64,000 nt of DNA, taken from NCBI RefSeq assembly GCF_963921235.1, contig NC_086118.1, positions 21,082,001-21,146,000 on the forward strand. Reading direction: 5' to 3'. The position numbers and the translations under genes were made by a program. Source of the DNA: Mobula hypostoma (taxonomy: Eukaryota). Positions 49,783 to 61,916 of the stretch are shown here, piece after piece. The notes below the pieces were generated by a model that was not told the origin of the DNA, did no database searches, and saw nothing but the letters and a program-made list of their open reading frames with translations. The first letter of the stretch is position 1. Every line of letters begins with the position of its first letter.

Positions 49783-50601
49783 CCATCTACCGATAATGCC
49801 ACTTCCAAGGAATAATGGATTTGTATTCCAAGATCCCACTATTCTACTGCACTCCTCAGTGTCCGACTGCTCACCGCGTAAGTCCGAGCCTGGTTTCCCC
49901 TCCCAAAGTGCAATACCTCACACTTGTCTACATTAAATTTCATCTGCCATTTTCAGCCCACTTTTTCAGCTGGTCCAGATTCCGCTGCAAGCTTTGACAG
50001 TCTTCCTCGCTCTCGACTAGACTCCAGTCGTGATGTTATCTGCAAATTTACTGATCCAGTTTACCACATTATCATCTGGAGATCAGTGATATAGATGACA
50101 AACAAAGGACCCAGCACCAGTCCCGGCGGCACAGCACTAGTCACAGGATTCCTGTCAGAGAGGCAACCACCGACTGCAGTACCACCCTCTGTCTTCTACC
50201 ACAAAGCCAACATCTAATCCAATTTACTACCTCATCTTGAATGCCAAGGGACCATACCATCTTGACCAACCTCCCATGGGGGTCCTTGTCAAAGGCCTTG
50301 ATAAAGTCTTTGTAGAGAACATCCACTGCCTTGTCTTCACCAATCTTCCTGGTAACTTCCTTGAAAAACTCTATAATTGGTTAGACACAACCTACCATGC
50401 ACAGCCATATTTTCTATCCCTAATCAGTCACTGTCTATCCAACTACTTACAAATCCAGCTCCTTAGAATACCTTCCAATAATTTACCCACTATAATGATA
50501 TCCAGCTCACCAGCCTATAATTTCTTGGCTTATTCTTTCTTAAACAACAGAATCCTCCATTCCTCCTGCACCTAACCCGTTCCCAAGGATATTTTAAATA
50601 C

Positions 50602-53130
50602 CTATAAGACCATAAGACCTGGGAGGAGAATTAGGCCATTTAGCCTGTAAAATCTGCTTTGCCATTCCATCATGGCTGATTCATTATACCTCTCAACCCC
50701 ATTTCCCTGCCTTTTCCCTGAAACCTTTGATACCCTGGTTAATCAAGAACCTGTCAACCTCCACCTTAAATACACCCAATGACTTGCCCTGCACAGCCGT
50801 CTGTAGCAAAGAATTCCACAGATTTACCACCTTCTGGCTAAAGAAATTTTCCCTAATCTTTTTTCTGAATGGATGCCTCTCAGTTCTGAGGCTGTCCTCG
50901 ACCTTGCCACTAAAGGAAACATCCTCTCCACACCCACTCTATCTCAAACTTCCAATATTTGATAAGTTGAAATGAGATTCCCCCCTCATTTTTCTAAACT
51001 CCAGCAAGTACAGGTTTAGAGCCATTAAACGCACCTCATATTTTAACCCTTTCATTCCTGGGATCATTCTCATGAACCTTCTCTGGATCATTTCCGATGC
51101 TAGCACATCTTCAGACAGACATTCATCTGCCAAATCATCCTATTCTTAACTTCCGGCTGTTCACCTGGCCCCTTTAGAATGCAGTGGACCTGATTCAAGA
51201 CATCTTTGACCCTGTCACCTGGGAGGCAACATACTGTCCGGGTGTTTCTTGCACGTCCACAGAATCTGTGGTCTGCTCCTCTAATTATGGAATCTCTCTA
51301 TCACTACGGCACTCCTGTTCTTTGCCCCCTCCCCCACCTTCTGAGCCACAGAGAAGACTCAGGACCAGAGACCTGGTCACTGTGGCTTCCCCCACAACCG
51401 TATTTGAAGCGGTATACTTATTATTGAGGGAAATGGCCACAGGGGTACTCTACGCTGGCTGTCTATTCCCATTCTCTTTCCTGACCGTCACCTAGGGACC
51501 TGCCTCCTGCAACTTGGAGTGACTTCCTCACTATAGCTCCTATCTATCACCTCCTCATTCTCCTATATGAGCCGAAGGTCATCGAGCTTCAGCTCCATTT
51601 CCTTTATACGGTCTCGAAGGAGATGCAGCTCAATACACTTTGTGCAGGTGTAGTTATCAGGGAGACATGAAATCACTCAAATTTCTCATGTCTCACACAA
51701 GGAACATATCACTACCTCTGGATCTATTCTCAGCATACTAGCTATGTACAAACAGAGAGAAAAAAAAACTTACTAGAAACTTTCTTACTTGGTTAATTAG
51801 AACCTCCAGCTGTGCTTGCCCAAGCCTACTCTCACCTAAGCCTGTTGAGCCAAAGCTGGACCACTCTAACAATAGCCCACTCACACAGTGGCCACTCCAC
51901 GTACACCTCCTTTCTTTTGATTGGCCCCGCACTGATTGCCACCCACCAAGAAAAGTGCTGAATGCACCCAAGCTGTCTTTAAACCTCGCGCTGCGTCACC
52001 AACGAATGACCTCTCACACTAATCACCACCCGCTGAGAAAACAAATATCATTGCTAGGGCCCTTGCAATTTTTGCACTGGGCTCCCACTGGGTCTGAAGA
52101 AACACCTTGTTAGGCCCTGGGGATTTATCCATCCGAATTTGTTTCAATATAGCAAACACCTCGTCCTCTGTAATCTGTATATGGTCCATGACCTCACTGC
52201 TGCTTTGCCTCACTTCCATAGACTCTGTGTCTGTCTCCCGAGTAAATACAGATGCAAAAAATTCATTTAAGATCTCCTCTATCTCTTTCACCTCCATGCA
52301 TAGATGACCATTCTGATCTTCCACAGGACAAACTTTTCCCTTGTTATACTTTTGCTCTTAATATATCTGTTGAAGCCCTTGTGATTTTCCTTCACCTTGT
52401 CTGCTAGAGTAATCTCATGTCTTCTTAAGTATTCTCTTGCATTTCTTATGCTCTTTGAGGACCTCATTTATTCCTCTCTGCCTATACTTGCAATGCAGCT
52501 CCTTTTTCTTAACCAGGGCTTCAAATTCTCTCAAAAACAAGGTTCCCTAAACCTGCTATCCTTGCCTTTTATTCTGACAGGATCAGACATAATATGCTTT
52601 GTTGTAAGTTGTATATTTTTTCTCATAGTTAATGTTTTCTCCTTATTAGATTTTCAGTCTTTTTTTCTGTGCAGTCTTGAAAAATGCTCAACCTCCCTAG
52701 TCTACCACTAGACCTTGTCACTTTGTATGCTCCAGTTTTTGATTTAACATTACCTTTCATTTTCTTTCTAAGCCTGGAATATTCATACTTCTCATGGAAG
52801 CCCTGTTCTAATTAAGAAAACTTTTTACTGCATGTTATGAATTTGCTGGTTAAATCTCTAACCATTACACATCCACTGACCTATCTCTTAGCCTACTTAC
52901 TCAGTCAATTTCAGACAAATCTTCCTTCATATCTTTCTAATTGCCCTTATTTAATTTGAAAACATCAGATCTGGAGTAACCGTCCTGAAACTACATCTGG
53001 AAATCTATCATGTTATTGTTGCAATTTTCCAGGAATCCTTAACCAGAAGAAGTTTAAATCAATTTTTCCTCATTACACATGACTAAGTCTAAAATAGCCT
53101 GCTCCTGGTTGGTTCTAAGAAACAATTTTT
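50602..53130 (-). mobile_element. Cluster of CR1 pieces (3' end 50602-51115, ORF1/5' UTR about 51120-52020, RT-upstream pieces about 52030-53130)
   Basis: Tail cataagaccataagac, QRRFMRMIPG..EFRKMRG, LNEFFASVFT..KSPGP. The ORF1-like segment resembles 15960-16540. Confidence 0.75.
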
Positions 53131-53299
53131 GACACAGTCCCCAAAGTGTGAGTCAACAAACTGCAGATACAGCAAGTCTAAAATAAAAACAGAAAATACT
53201 GGAAATACTCAGCAGGTCAGGAAACATCTTCACTTTCTGTTTTGGCATTCCCAATTTCTTCTTCTATGATATCCTTGCCAGTTTGAATTGTCCAATCAA

Positions 53300-53810
53300 A
53301 ATGGTTCATTATGTGCCATTTTGTTTGATGTGGGTGATCAATGGTCTTTCCATGACCCTGATTGTCCTTGGGGAATGTTTCTACAGAACATGTTTACCAT
53401 TGGCTTCTTCTGAGTCATGTATTTACAAGATGGGTGACCCAGCCATCTTCAATACTCTTCAGAGATTGTCCTGATGTCGGGTTCCGGCCCGAAACGTCGA
53501 CCGATCTTTTCCACGGATGCTTCCCGACCTGATGAGTTCCTCCAGCGTGTTGTGAGTGTTGCTTTGACCTCAGCATCTGCAGATTATTTTGTGTCAGAGA
53601 TTGTCTGCTTGCAGTCAGTGGTCACATTACCAGGACTTGTGATACGCACTAGCTGCTCGTACGACCATCCACCACCTGCTCCCATGGCTTCACATGGCCC
53701 TGACTGGGGGACTAAGCAGGTGCTACACCTTACCCAAGGGTGAGCTGCAGGCTAGTGGAGGGGAGAAGCACCTTACACCTCCTTTAGTAGAGATGTATCT
53801 CCAGCCGGCC
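53300..53810 (-). mobile_element. Non-autonomous RTE-type element
   Basis: Reverse complement has RTE-like UTR motifs cccttgggtaaggtgtagcacctg and ...gtcatggaaagaccattgatc. Non-coding. Confidence 0.45.
53471..53593 (+). mobile_element. 123-bp PLE pseudo-LTR insertion beginning at the hammerhead core
   Basis: CTGATGTCGGGTTCCGGCCCGAAACGTCGAC... with a 12-bp TSD TCAGAGATTGTC at 53459-53470 and 53594-53605. Confidence 0.85.
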
Positions 53811-54017
53811 CTCATCAATCATTATCACCCATGCAAACTGGAGTTCTCTTTGTTCATGCTTTCTTTATACCTCCTTTGTGCTACTGAGAAGCAACCCCTT
53901 GGGAGACTATTGACCTCTTTATACCATGTCATATTTCCAATGCTTTTCATTACTTTCACCCAACCAGTTCCACTTCACTATGTAATGCACCTACAGTACA
54001 TCATTACTCAACACACC

Positions 54018-54303
54018 TGTTGGTGTGAGGCCAAGTGGTTAAGGCGTCGGTCTAGTGATCTGAAGGTTGCTAGTTCGAGCCTCAGCTGAGGCAGTGTGTT
54101 GTGTCCTTGAGCAAGGCACTTAACCACACATTGCTCTGCAACGACACTGGTGCCAAGCTTTATTGGCCCTAGTGCCCTTCCCTTGGACAACATCGGTGGC
54201 GTGGAGAGGGGAGACTTGCAGCATGGGCAACTGCCGGTCTTCCATACAACCTTGCCCAGGCCTGCGCCCTGGAAACCTTCCAAGGCACAAATCCATGGTC
54301 TCA
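54018..54303 (+). mobile_element. tRNA-derived CORE-type SINE, second copy
   Basis: Near-identical to 1562-1830 but keeps the segment between the A and B boxes (gtcggtctagtgatctgaagg). Confidence 0.85.
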
Positions 54304-54514
54304 CGTCATGTAACTAGGTCTCTGTAATAACTAATACACATATGTTGCTATTTGTGTTATCAACTCTTTTTATCTCTCATATATCTTGCTGCAAATACTA
54401 TTTTATTTACACCAGATTTATTTTACTTCCTGTCACACTTTGATCTTCATTTTCCCCTTACTTTCTCTCATTTCATTTTATTTATTAAACTTCCAATCAT
54501 TAGAATCATACGCC

Positions 54515-57290
54515 AGAATCAGAATCAGGTTTAATATCACTGCCGTAAGTCATTAGATTTGTTGTTTGCAGTAGCAGTACATTGCAATACCATAATAATA
54601 AAAAAAACTATCAATTACAATAAGACATAAAGTATACAAAAATTTTAAATAAATAAGTCGTGCAAAAAGAGAGGATAAAGATAGTGAGGTAGTGTTCATT
54701 GATTCGTTACCCATTCAGGGGAGGGGGTAAAAGCTGTCCCTGAATCGTTAGGTGTACGCATTCAGGCTCCTGTACCTCCTCCTTGATAGTAGAAATGAGA
54801 AGGGGGCGTATCCTGGGTGGAAGAGGTCTTTAATCATGGATGCTGCTCTTTTGAGATGTTACCTTTTGAAGGTGTCCTTGATGCTGGGGAGGCTGGTGCC
54901 CATGATGGAGCCGGCCGAGTTTACAACTTTCTGCAGGTTTTCCAATCCCGTGCAGTGCTCCCCATACCAGACGTTGAAGCAACCATTTAGAATGCTCTCC
55001 ACAGCACATCTGTAGAAAGTTGTGGGAGTCTCTGACAACATACCAAGTCTCTTTAAACTCCAAAAGAAATATAGCTGCAGTCTTGCCTTCTTTGTAATTG
55101 CATCAATATGTTGGGCCCAGGATAGATCTTCAGAGATGCTGACACCCAGGAACTTGAAACTGTTCACTCTTTCTACTTCTGATCTCTCAATGAGGACTGG
55201 TGTGTGTTACCTTGTCTTCCCCTTCCTGATCCACAATTAATTTCTTGTTCGTACTGAGGTTGAGTACAAGATCGTTGTTGTGACAAGACTCAACCAGCTG
55301 ATCTATCTTGCGCCTGTACACCTCCTCATTGCCACCTGAAATTCTGACAACAGTAGTTGTGTCATCAGCAAACTTATAGATGATGTCTGAGCTGTGTCTA
55401 GCCAGATAGTCATGGGCGTAGAGAGATTAGATCAGCGGACTAAGCACGCATCCTTCAGATGCATCAGTGTTGATTATCAGGAGGAGATGTTATTTCTGAT
55501 CTGTACAGACCACGGTCTACCGATGAGGGAGTCAAGGATCCAGTTGCAGAGGGAGATACAGAGGCCCTGCTTTTGGAGCTTGTTGATTAGAACTGAAGGT
55601 ATGATTGTGTTGAACGCGAAGCTGCAATCAATAAACAGCAGCCAGACATAGGTATTACTATTGTCCAGGTGACCTAAGGACAACTGGAGAGCCAGTGAGA
55701 ATGCATCCACTGTAGACCAATTGTGGTGATAGGGAAATTGTATCGGGTCCAGCACCTTGCTTAGGCAGGAGTTGACTCTAGCCACGACCAATCTCTCAAG
55801 GCACTTCTTCACAATAGATGTGAGTGCTACTGGGCAATAATTATTAAGGCAACTCACCCAGCTTTTCCTGGGTACTGGTATGATTGTCCAGCTGGAAATC
55901 CCCGACTGCAGCAGTGACCGATTGAAGATGTCCTTGAAAACTCTTGCCAGTTGTTTGGCACAGGTTTTTAGAGCCCCAGCAGGTGATGCCTTGTGACTGT
56001 TCACCCTCCTGAAAGATGTTCTGACATCAGGCTCTGAGACGGAAATCACAGGGTCACCAGATGCTGCAGGGATTTGCACAGGAGTGGTTGTATTCACCCT
56101 TTCAAAGCGTGCATAAAACGCTCTCTCTTATGATGCTCATCTGGGAGTGACGTATCACATCCATTCATGATGTTAGGTTTTGCTTAGTAGAAAGTAATAG
56201 CCTGAAAACTCTCTAACCTCAATCAAAATGTTTTCTTTCACTCTTAAAATAGCCATCCATTGATCATACCTGACTCCTTGTATAGTTCTATATCACTGGT
56301 TCTGAATACCACAGATCGATCCCTCAACAGACTATGAATCTCCTGGTTCACCCACGGCTTGTGGTTTGAGTACATCTAGTATGTTCTTGAAGGCAGACAC
56401 ACATCCACACAAGTCTTGAAGTCAGTGATAACTGTGGCGTACTCATTCAGATTGGAAGATGAATCTCTGAATATTGTCCAGATCACTGACTCAAAGCAGT
56501 CCTGTGACTGCTCCTCGCCTCCCTTGGTCATACCTTCTTGGTCCTCGCCACTGGTGCTGTGCTCTTTCCTTCCTGCCGACACACTGGGAGTAGAGGTATA
56601 GTCAGGTGATTGGACTTTCCAATGTATGGGCATGGTAAGCATTCTTGACGGTTGATAACAGTGGTCAAGTGTGTTGGCTCCTCTGTTTCCACAGGTGATA
56701 CACTGCTGGTAGTTGTTCAGAGACTTCTTCAACCTGGCCCGGTTGAAATCCCCCACAATGATAGGGAAGGCATGAGGGTGTGCTGTTTATGTGCCTGCTA
56801 ATTACGATGCTTAGCTCCTCCACTGTATGCCTCATATTGGCCTCATTTATAATGGACACTGCTATCAGGATGATGACAGAAAATTCCCTCAGCAGGTAAA
56901 AAGGATGATATTTGACCTCTCGTTGTTCCAGGTTGGATGAGTAGGACTGAGACAGAATGGCCACATTTGTGTACCACAATGAGTTAATCTAAAGCATACT
57001 CCACCTCCTCTGTCTTTAAAAGACTGAGCTGCTCCGTCTTTGGGGAGAATGGTGAAGTCTTTGGGCTGAAGTCCTGCATCCAAAATGGCAGGAGTGAGCC
57101 ACGTTTCTGTAAAGCAAAGCACAGAGCAGTCCTTGATATCCCATTGGTACAGCAATCTTGCTCTGAGGTCTTCAATTTTATTTTCCAGAGACTGTGTGTT
57201 TGGCAGCAGGATAGTCGGAAGTAGGGGGTCTAAATCCTCTGCATTTCAGTCATACCTGCAGGCAGGTTTGGCTTCCACACTTCCATTTTC
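54515..57290 (-). mobile_element. Near-complete decayed Rex1/Babar LINE (APE and RT)
   Basis: SLENKIEDLRAR..DCSVLCFTETWL, GDFN..NTLDHCY, NYCPVALTS, DCSFAFNTI, FKFLGVSISEDLSW. Tail (AGAATC)n. Confidence 0.9.
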
Positions 57291-57744
57291 TTAAAGGAGA
57301 ACTGCATTTGCGAACCAAGTCTGTAGTCCAGGATCTGTCAATTTTGAGTATCATTAACAACCTTGCTCTCTCTAATTGATTTAGAGCCTGTCTACAACCC
57401 TATTTATGGAATTCCTCTGAACACTAGTCCCAGCCTGGTTCATCCCAACAGAACAGTTCTCTCGTCCTCAGTACCAGCACCAGTGCTAATGAATTGGAAC
57501 CCATTACTCCTACAGGACTGCAAGAACTGGCACAAAGACAAAGTATTTCCTGCTGTTTATTCCTTGCTAGAGTGAAGTTACTATCAAATAAACATAACCC
57601 GTGCCTGCTGGTTCATATGAACTCCGCACAAGCAAAGATCAAATCCATCCTTCCATTTGTGAACATGTTGTAATAATGTTGATGTCATCCACTTTTATCT
57701 GTACATTGTATAGCTTTACTGGATATAATGTAATGGAAGAATTT

Positions 57745-58730
57745 GCTAAAGAAATTGCTCATCATCTCCATTCTAAAAGGACATCCCTCTATTCTGAGGC
57801 TGTGTCCTCAGGTCTTAGACTCACCCACCATAGGAAACATCCTCTCCACATCCATTCTATAACGGCCTTTCACAATTTGATAGGTTTCAATGAGATCACC
57901 CCTCATTCTTCTGAATTCTGGTGAATACCAGCTCAGAGCCATCAAACACACTTCATATGACAAGTCGTTCAATCCTGGAATAATTTTCATGAACCTCCTT
58001 TGAACCCTCTCCAGTTTCAGCATATCCTTTCTAAGATAAGAGGCTCAAACCTGCTCACAATACTTCAAGTGAGGCCTCACCAGTGCTTTATAAAGTTTCA
58101 ACATTAAATCATTGCTTTTATATTTTGATGTATGTTGCTTTTATATTCTAGCCCTCTTGAAATGAATGCTAACATTGCATTTGCCTTCCTCACCACAGAC
58201 TTAACCTGCAAATTACCCTTTAGGGAATCCTGCATGAGGACTCCCAAGTCCTGTTGCACCTCAGTTTTTTTTCTGTATTTTCTCTCTGTTTAGAAAATAG
58301 TCAACCCTTTTATTTCTTCTACCAGAGCACATGACCATATACTTCCTGGCACTGCATTCCATCTGCCATTTCTCTTATTCTGTCTAAGACCTTCCTTTGC
58401 TTCTCTGCTTCCTCAAAACTATCCTGCCCCTCCACTTAGGATCTTCATATTGTCTGCAAATTTATCAACAAAGCCATCAATTCCATCATCTACATCATTG
58501 ATATATAACATGAAAAGAATTGGTCCCAACACAGACCCCTGTGGAACACCACTAGTCACCAGCAGCCAGCCAGAAAAGGCTCCCATTATTCCTACATTTT
58601 GCCTGTTGCCAATCAGCCACTGCTTTATCCATGCTAGAATCTTTCCTGTAGTACTATGGGGTCATAGTTTGTTAAGCAGTCTCATGTGTGGCACCTTGTC
58701 AAAGGCCTTCTGAAAATCCAATTACACAAC
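57745..58730 (-). mobile_element. CR1 RT fragment
   Basis: LKLERVQRRF..RRMRGDLIETY. The reverse complement has KAFDKVPH and GVPQGSVLGP. Confidence 0.85.
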
Positions 58731-59429
58731 AACCAAATCTCCTATGTACACAGGATGCTCCAACAAAAACAATTTACAAAACCAAATTCATCTGCCACGT
58801 CTTTTCATGGCACAGACCACAGTAATTTATCAATTAATATTTATCAATTATCAATTTATCAGTATTTTTATTTCAATCCCTTGGTAAATTTCATTTAATT
58901 ATTTTGTATTTTTACATCTTCCTGAGATATGTGGTTGTTCACTGCCTTGCATGATCACCGCTGTTATTATTTGAATTCTCCAGCTTTCTATCTCCACATA
59001 GACCTTTCATTGTATTCTTTCCTCATCACCTTGACCTTCCATCTTCCTTGCATCTACAGACTTGCTTGACCTATAAAACTTTCCATTGTGATGTCTCTTC
59101 ATTGATCTGAAATGCTAACTCAGTTTCTCTGTATTAATTCTTATTTTTACTGTTACATGTTGAGATTCTTGTTTTTCTACATGATTTGGCGTGGAATTTC
59201 TAAACTTAACTTGCTTCCCCAGCACTATACCCTGCTGCGTTGAATGGCATTTCTCCCACACTAAATTACTATACCCTGCAGTAACCAAACAGTAATTTAG
59301 CCTTTGAGTATAAACTCACAAATAAATAACAAAGAACATTGGGAAAGGATATATAGATTGAGGAACAGCTGGTAAAGAGATAAAATACAAAGGAATGCAC
59401 ATCACTAAAATGTCAATGGCTGAATCAAA

Positions 59430-60480
59430 GGTGGTGATGAATCAGCATATAGGAGGGAGTTTGAAAATCTGGCTGAGTGATGTCATGGCAACAACCTCTC
59501 ACTCAATGTCAGCAAGACCAAGGAGCTGATTATTGACTTCAGGAGGAGGAAACCAGAGGTTCATGAGCCAGTCCTCATTGGGGGATCAGAGGTGGAGGGG
59601 GTCAGAAACTTTAAAATTCTCGGTGTAATCACTTCGAGGATCGGTCCTGAGTCCCGCACATAAGTACCATAACGAAGAAAGCACGACAGCCCCTCTATTT
59701 TCTCAGAAGTTTGCAAAGATTCGGCATGTCATCCAAAACTTTGACAAGCTTCTTTAGATGTGTGGTGGAGCGTATATTGACTGGCTGCATCACAGCTTGG
59801 TATTTAAAATCAATGCCCTTGAATGGAAAAGCCTTCAAAAGTTAGTGGATACAGCCCAGTCGATCACGGGTAAACCCCTCCCCTCTGTTGAGCACATCTG
59901 TGCAGTGCACTGTCGCAAGAAAGCAGCATCCACCATCAAGGAGCTCCACCATCCAGGTCATGTTCTCTTCTCGCTGCTGCATCAGGAAGGAGATATGGGA
60001 GCCTCAGGATCCACACCACCAAGTTCAGGAACAGTTATTACCCCTCAACCATCAGGCTCTTGAACCAGAAGGGATAACTTCACTCAACTTCACTTGCCCC
60101 ATCTCTGATCTGTTCCAAAACCTATCACACATTTTCTATGACTCTTCATTTTTATGTTCTTGATATTTATTGTTTATTTTATTATTATTATTGTTATTTC
60201 TACTTTTTCTTTTTTTTTTGTAATATGCACAGCTGTTGTCTTTTGTGTACTGGTTGTTTGTCTATCTTTCATGGATCGGTTGCCATGCACTCCAAAGTTC
60301 CTCTCTGTAGCCTACTATTTCCTTTCTTTTATGTTGTTAACAAAATATTATCTCACAAATATGGGTGCGATCTTCCTTGATTGTGTTTCTTGAATTTACT
60401 GCGACTGCCCACAAGGAAAAGAATCTCACAGTTGTATATGGTGTCATGCCCGTACTTTGATAATAAATTTACTTTGAACT
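59430..60480 (+). mobile_element. Rex1/Babar 3' fragment
   Basis: aacaacctctcactcaatgtcagcaagaccaaggagctgattattgacttcagg translates to NNLSLNVSKTKELIIDFR. Also HHPGHVLFSLL and the tail tttgataataaatttactttgaac. Confidence 0.85.
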
Positions 60481-61525
60481 GAAAGGATGTTTAGAGAGTA
60501 TCAGATAAATGAAAAAAAGGAGTAGGTAAAATATATCTACATTTTAAAAGCCTGGGGGGGATGGGGGTGGGTGGGTGATAAGAGATTAGAATTGATGGAG
60601 TGAGCTGTGCTGTGTGGTGTGTATTGATGCATTGACTTCAGAAATGAGTGGATTCATATTGTAGAAGTAAAATAAATCATACATATTAAGAAATAGCAAT
60701 GTAAATACAATCACAGGACAGTAACAGCTTGCTTAATCAAGCTCAGCATATTTTAACTATTGCATAGCTATCCAAAGTTACTGTTTAATTTGCATACCAG
60801 GTTAACAAGTTCACTTTTCAGAATTGCAAGCGCTCTTTGAATATAACCTATCCATTGCTGATTAATCTACTGCTCCTTCCTATTTGTGGCCAAGCAATTG
60901 GCTGCAATCAGAAGTTTCCTGAGTACGGATATCTTCAGGCAACAGTATCAGGTTTTGCAGGTGAAACTAATGATTTCCAGACACAGGACTGGTTAACTTT
61001 TCAACGGTTTCATAAATTCCGATTTTGATTCTAAACAGGTGGGCAAAGTCTGCAAAAGCAAAAGAGTCAAATCCAGGTCCCCGACTGCAAAAAAAAAAGT
61101 GATATCTTGTTTTTCATGCAAAAAATGCCGAAGAAAATCATGCTGATAGCCAAATCAAAAAGTTTTCAGTAACTGCAGTATTATTTAACATTTCAAAGTT
61201 GCACAAACTCTGATAGTCTAATCGGTACTGCAAACACAAAGCAATAGATATACCAATAAAATCGGGAGTAAAATTGTAACACTGATTTGAGTTACAATGG
61301 AGTCTTTACTTTATTGATACATTCACTGGTTACCATTTTTCAATCCAACATGAGACTTGTCAGGACTGAATGATATTTGATGAAAATGGCAATTCGAAAG
61401 CTAACCTCACTTTCAATGTTACTTTATTCCGTGCAGCAGAGTGAATTAAATGTTTTAAATCAGCAGGCACAGCATTTTGGGTGGCATATTTTGATACTGG
61501 AACACATTTAAAAGACATTTAAAAG

Positions 61526-61916
61526 GCCCCACCTCCCCCTCGTACCCCATCTGTTACTCATTTTTATGCACACATTCTTTCTCTCACTCTCCTTTTTCTC
61601 CCTCTGTCCCTCTGAATATACCTCTTGCCCATCCTCTGGGTCACCCCCCCCTTGTCTTTCTTCCCGGACCTCCTGTCCCATGATCCTCTCGTATCCCCTT
61701 TTGCCTATCACCTGTCCAGCTCTCAGCTCTATCCCTCCCCCTCCTGTCTTCTCCTATCATTTTGCATCTCCCCCTCCCCCTCCAGCTTTCAAATCCCTTA
61801 CTCACTCTTCCTTCAGTTAGTCCTGACGAAGGGTCTCGGCCTGAAACGTCGACTGCGCCTCTTCCTATAGATGCTGCTTGGCCTGCTGCGTTCACCAGCA
61901 ACTTTGATGTATGTTG
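61526..61916 (+). mobile_element. PLE pseudo-LTR insertion with an intact hammerhead
   Basis: Pyrimidine-rich 3' UTR, then the ribozyme, then gatgctgcttggcctgctgcgttcaccagc. TSD TTTAAAAGACA at 61507-61517 and 61917-61927, with an extra partial copy at 61518-61525. Confidence 0.9.
61818..61855 (+). ncRNA. Minimal type I hammerhead ribozyme in a PLE pseudo-LTR, core intact
   Basis: TAGTC-CTGACGA-AGG(gtctcgg)CCT-GAAA-C-GTC/GACTG. Stem I is AGTC:GACT, the core is CUGANGA...GAAA, stem III is the palindromic loopless ACGT, and the GUC cleavage triplet ends at 61850. Confidence 0.8.

Larger units (their letters stand above)
48950..50600 (-). mobile_element. CR1 RT and 3' fragment, split by a PLE dimer
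   Basis: QFWSPTYRKDANKIERVQRK, DFIKAFDKDPHGRLV. Tail catagagtcatgagtcacagaac. Confidence 0.85.

Noticed and set aside
54020..54095. tRNA-like sequence with A and B boxes
   Set aside because: It is the head of a SINE (continues into the CORE domain, second copy at 1562) and has no proper acceptor stem.
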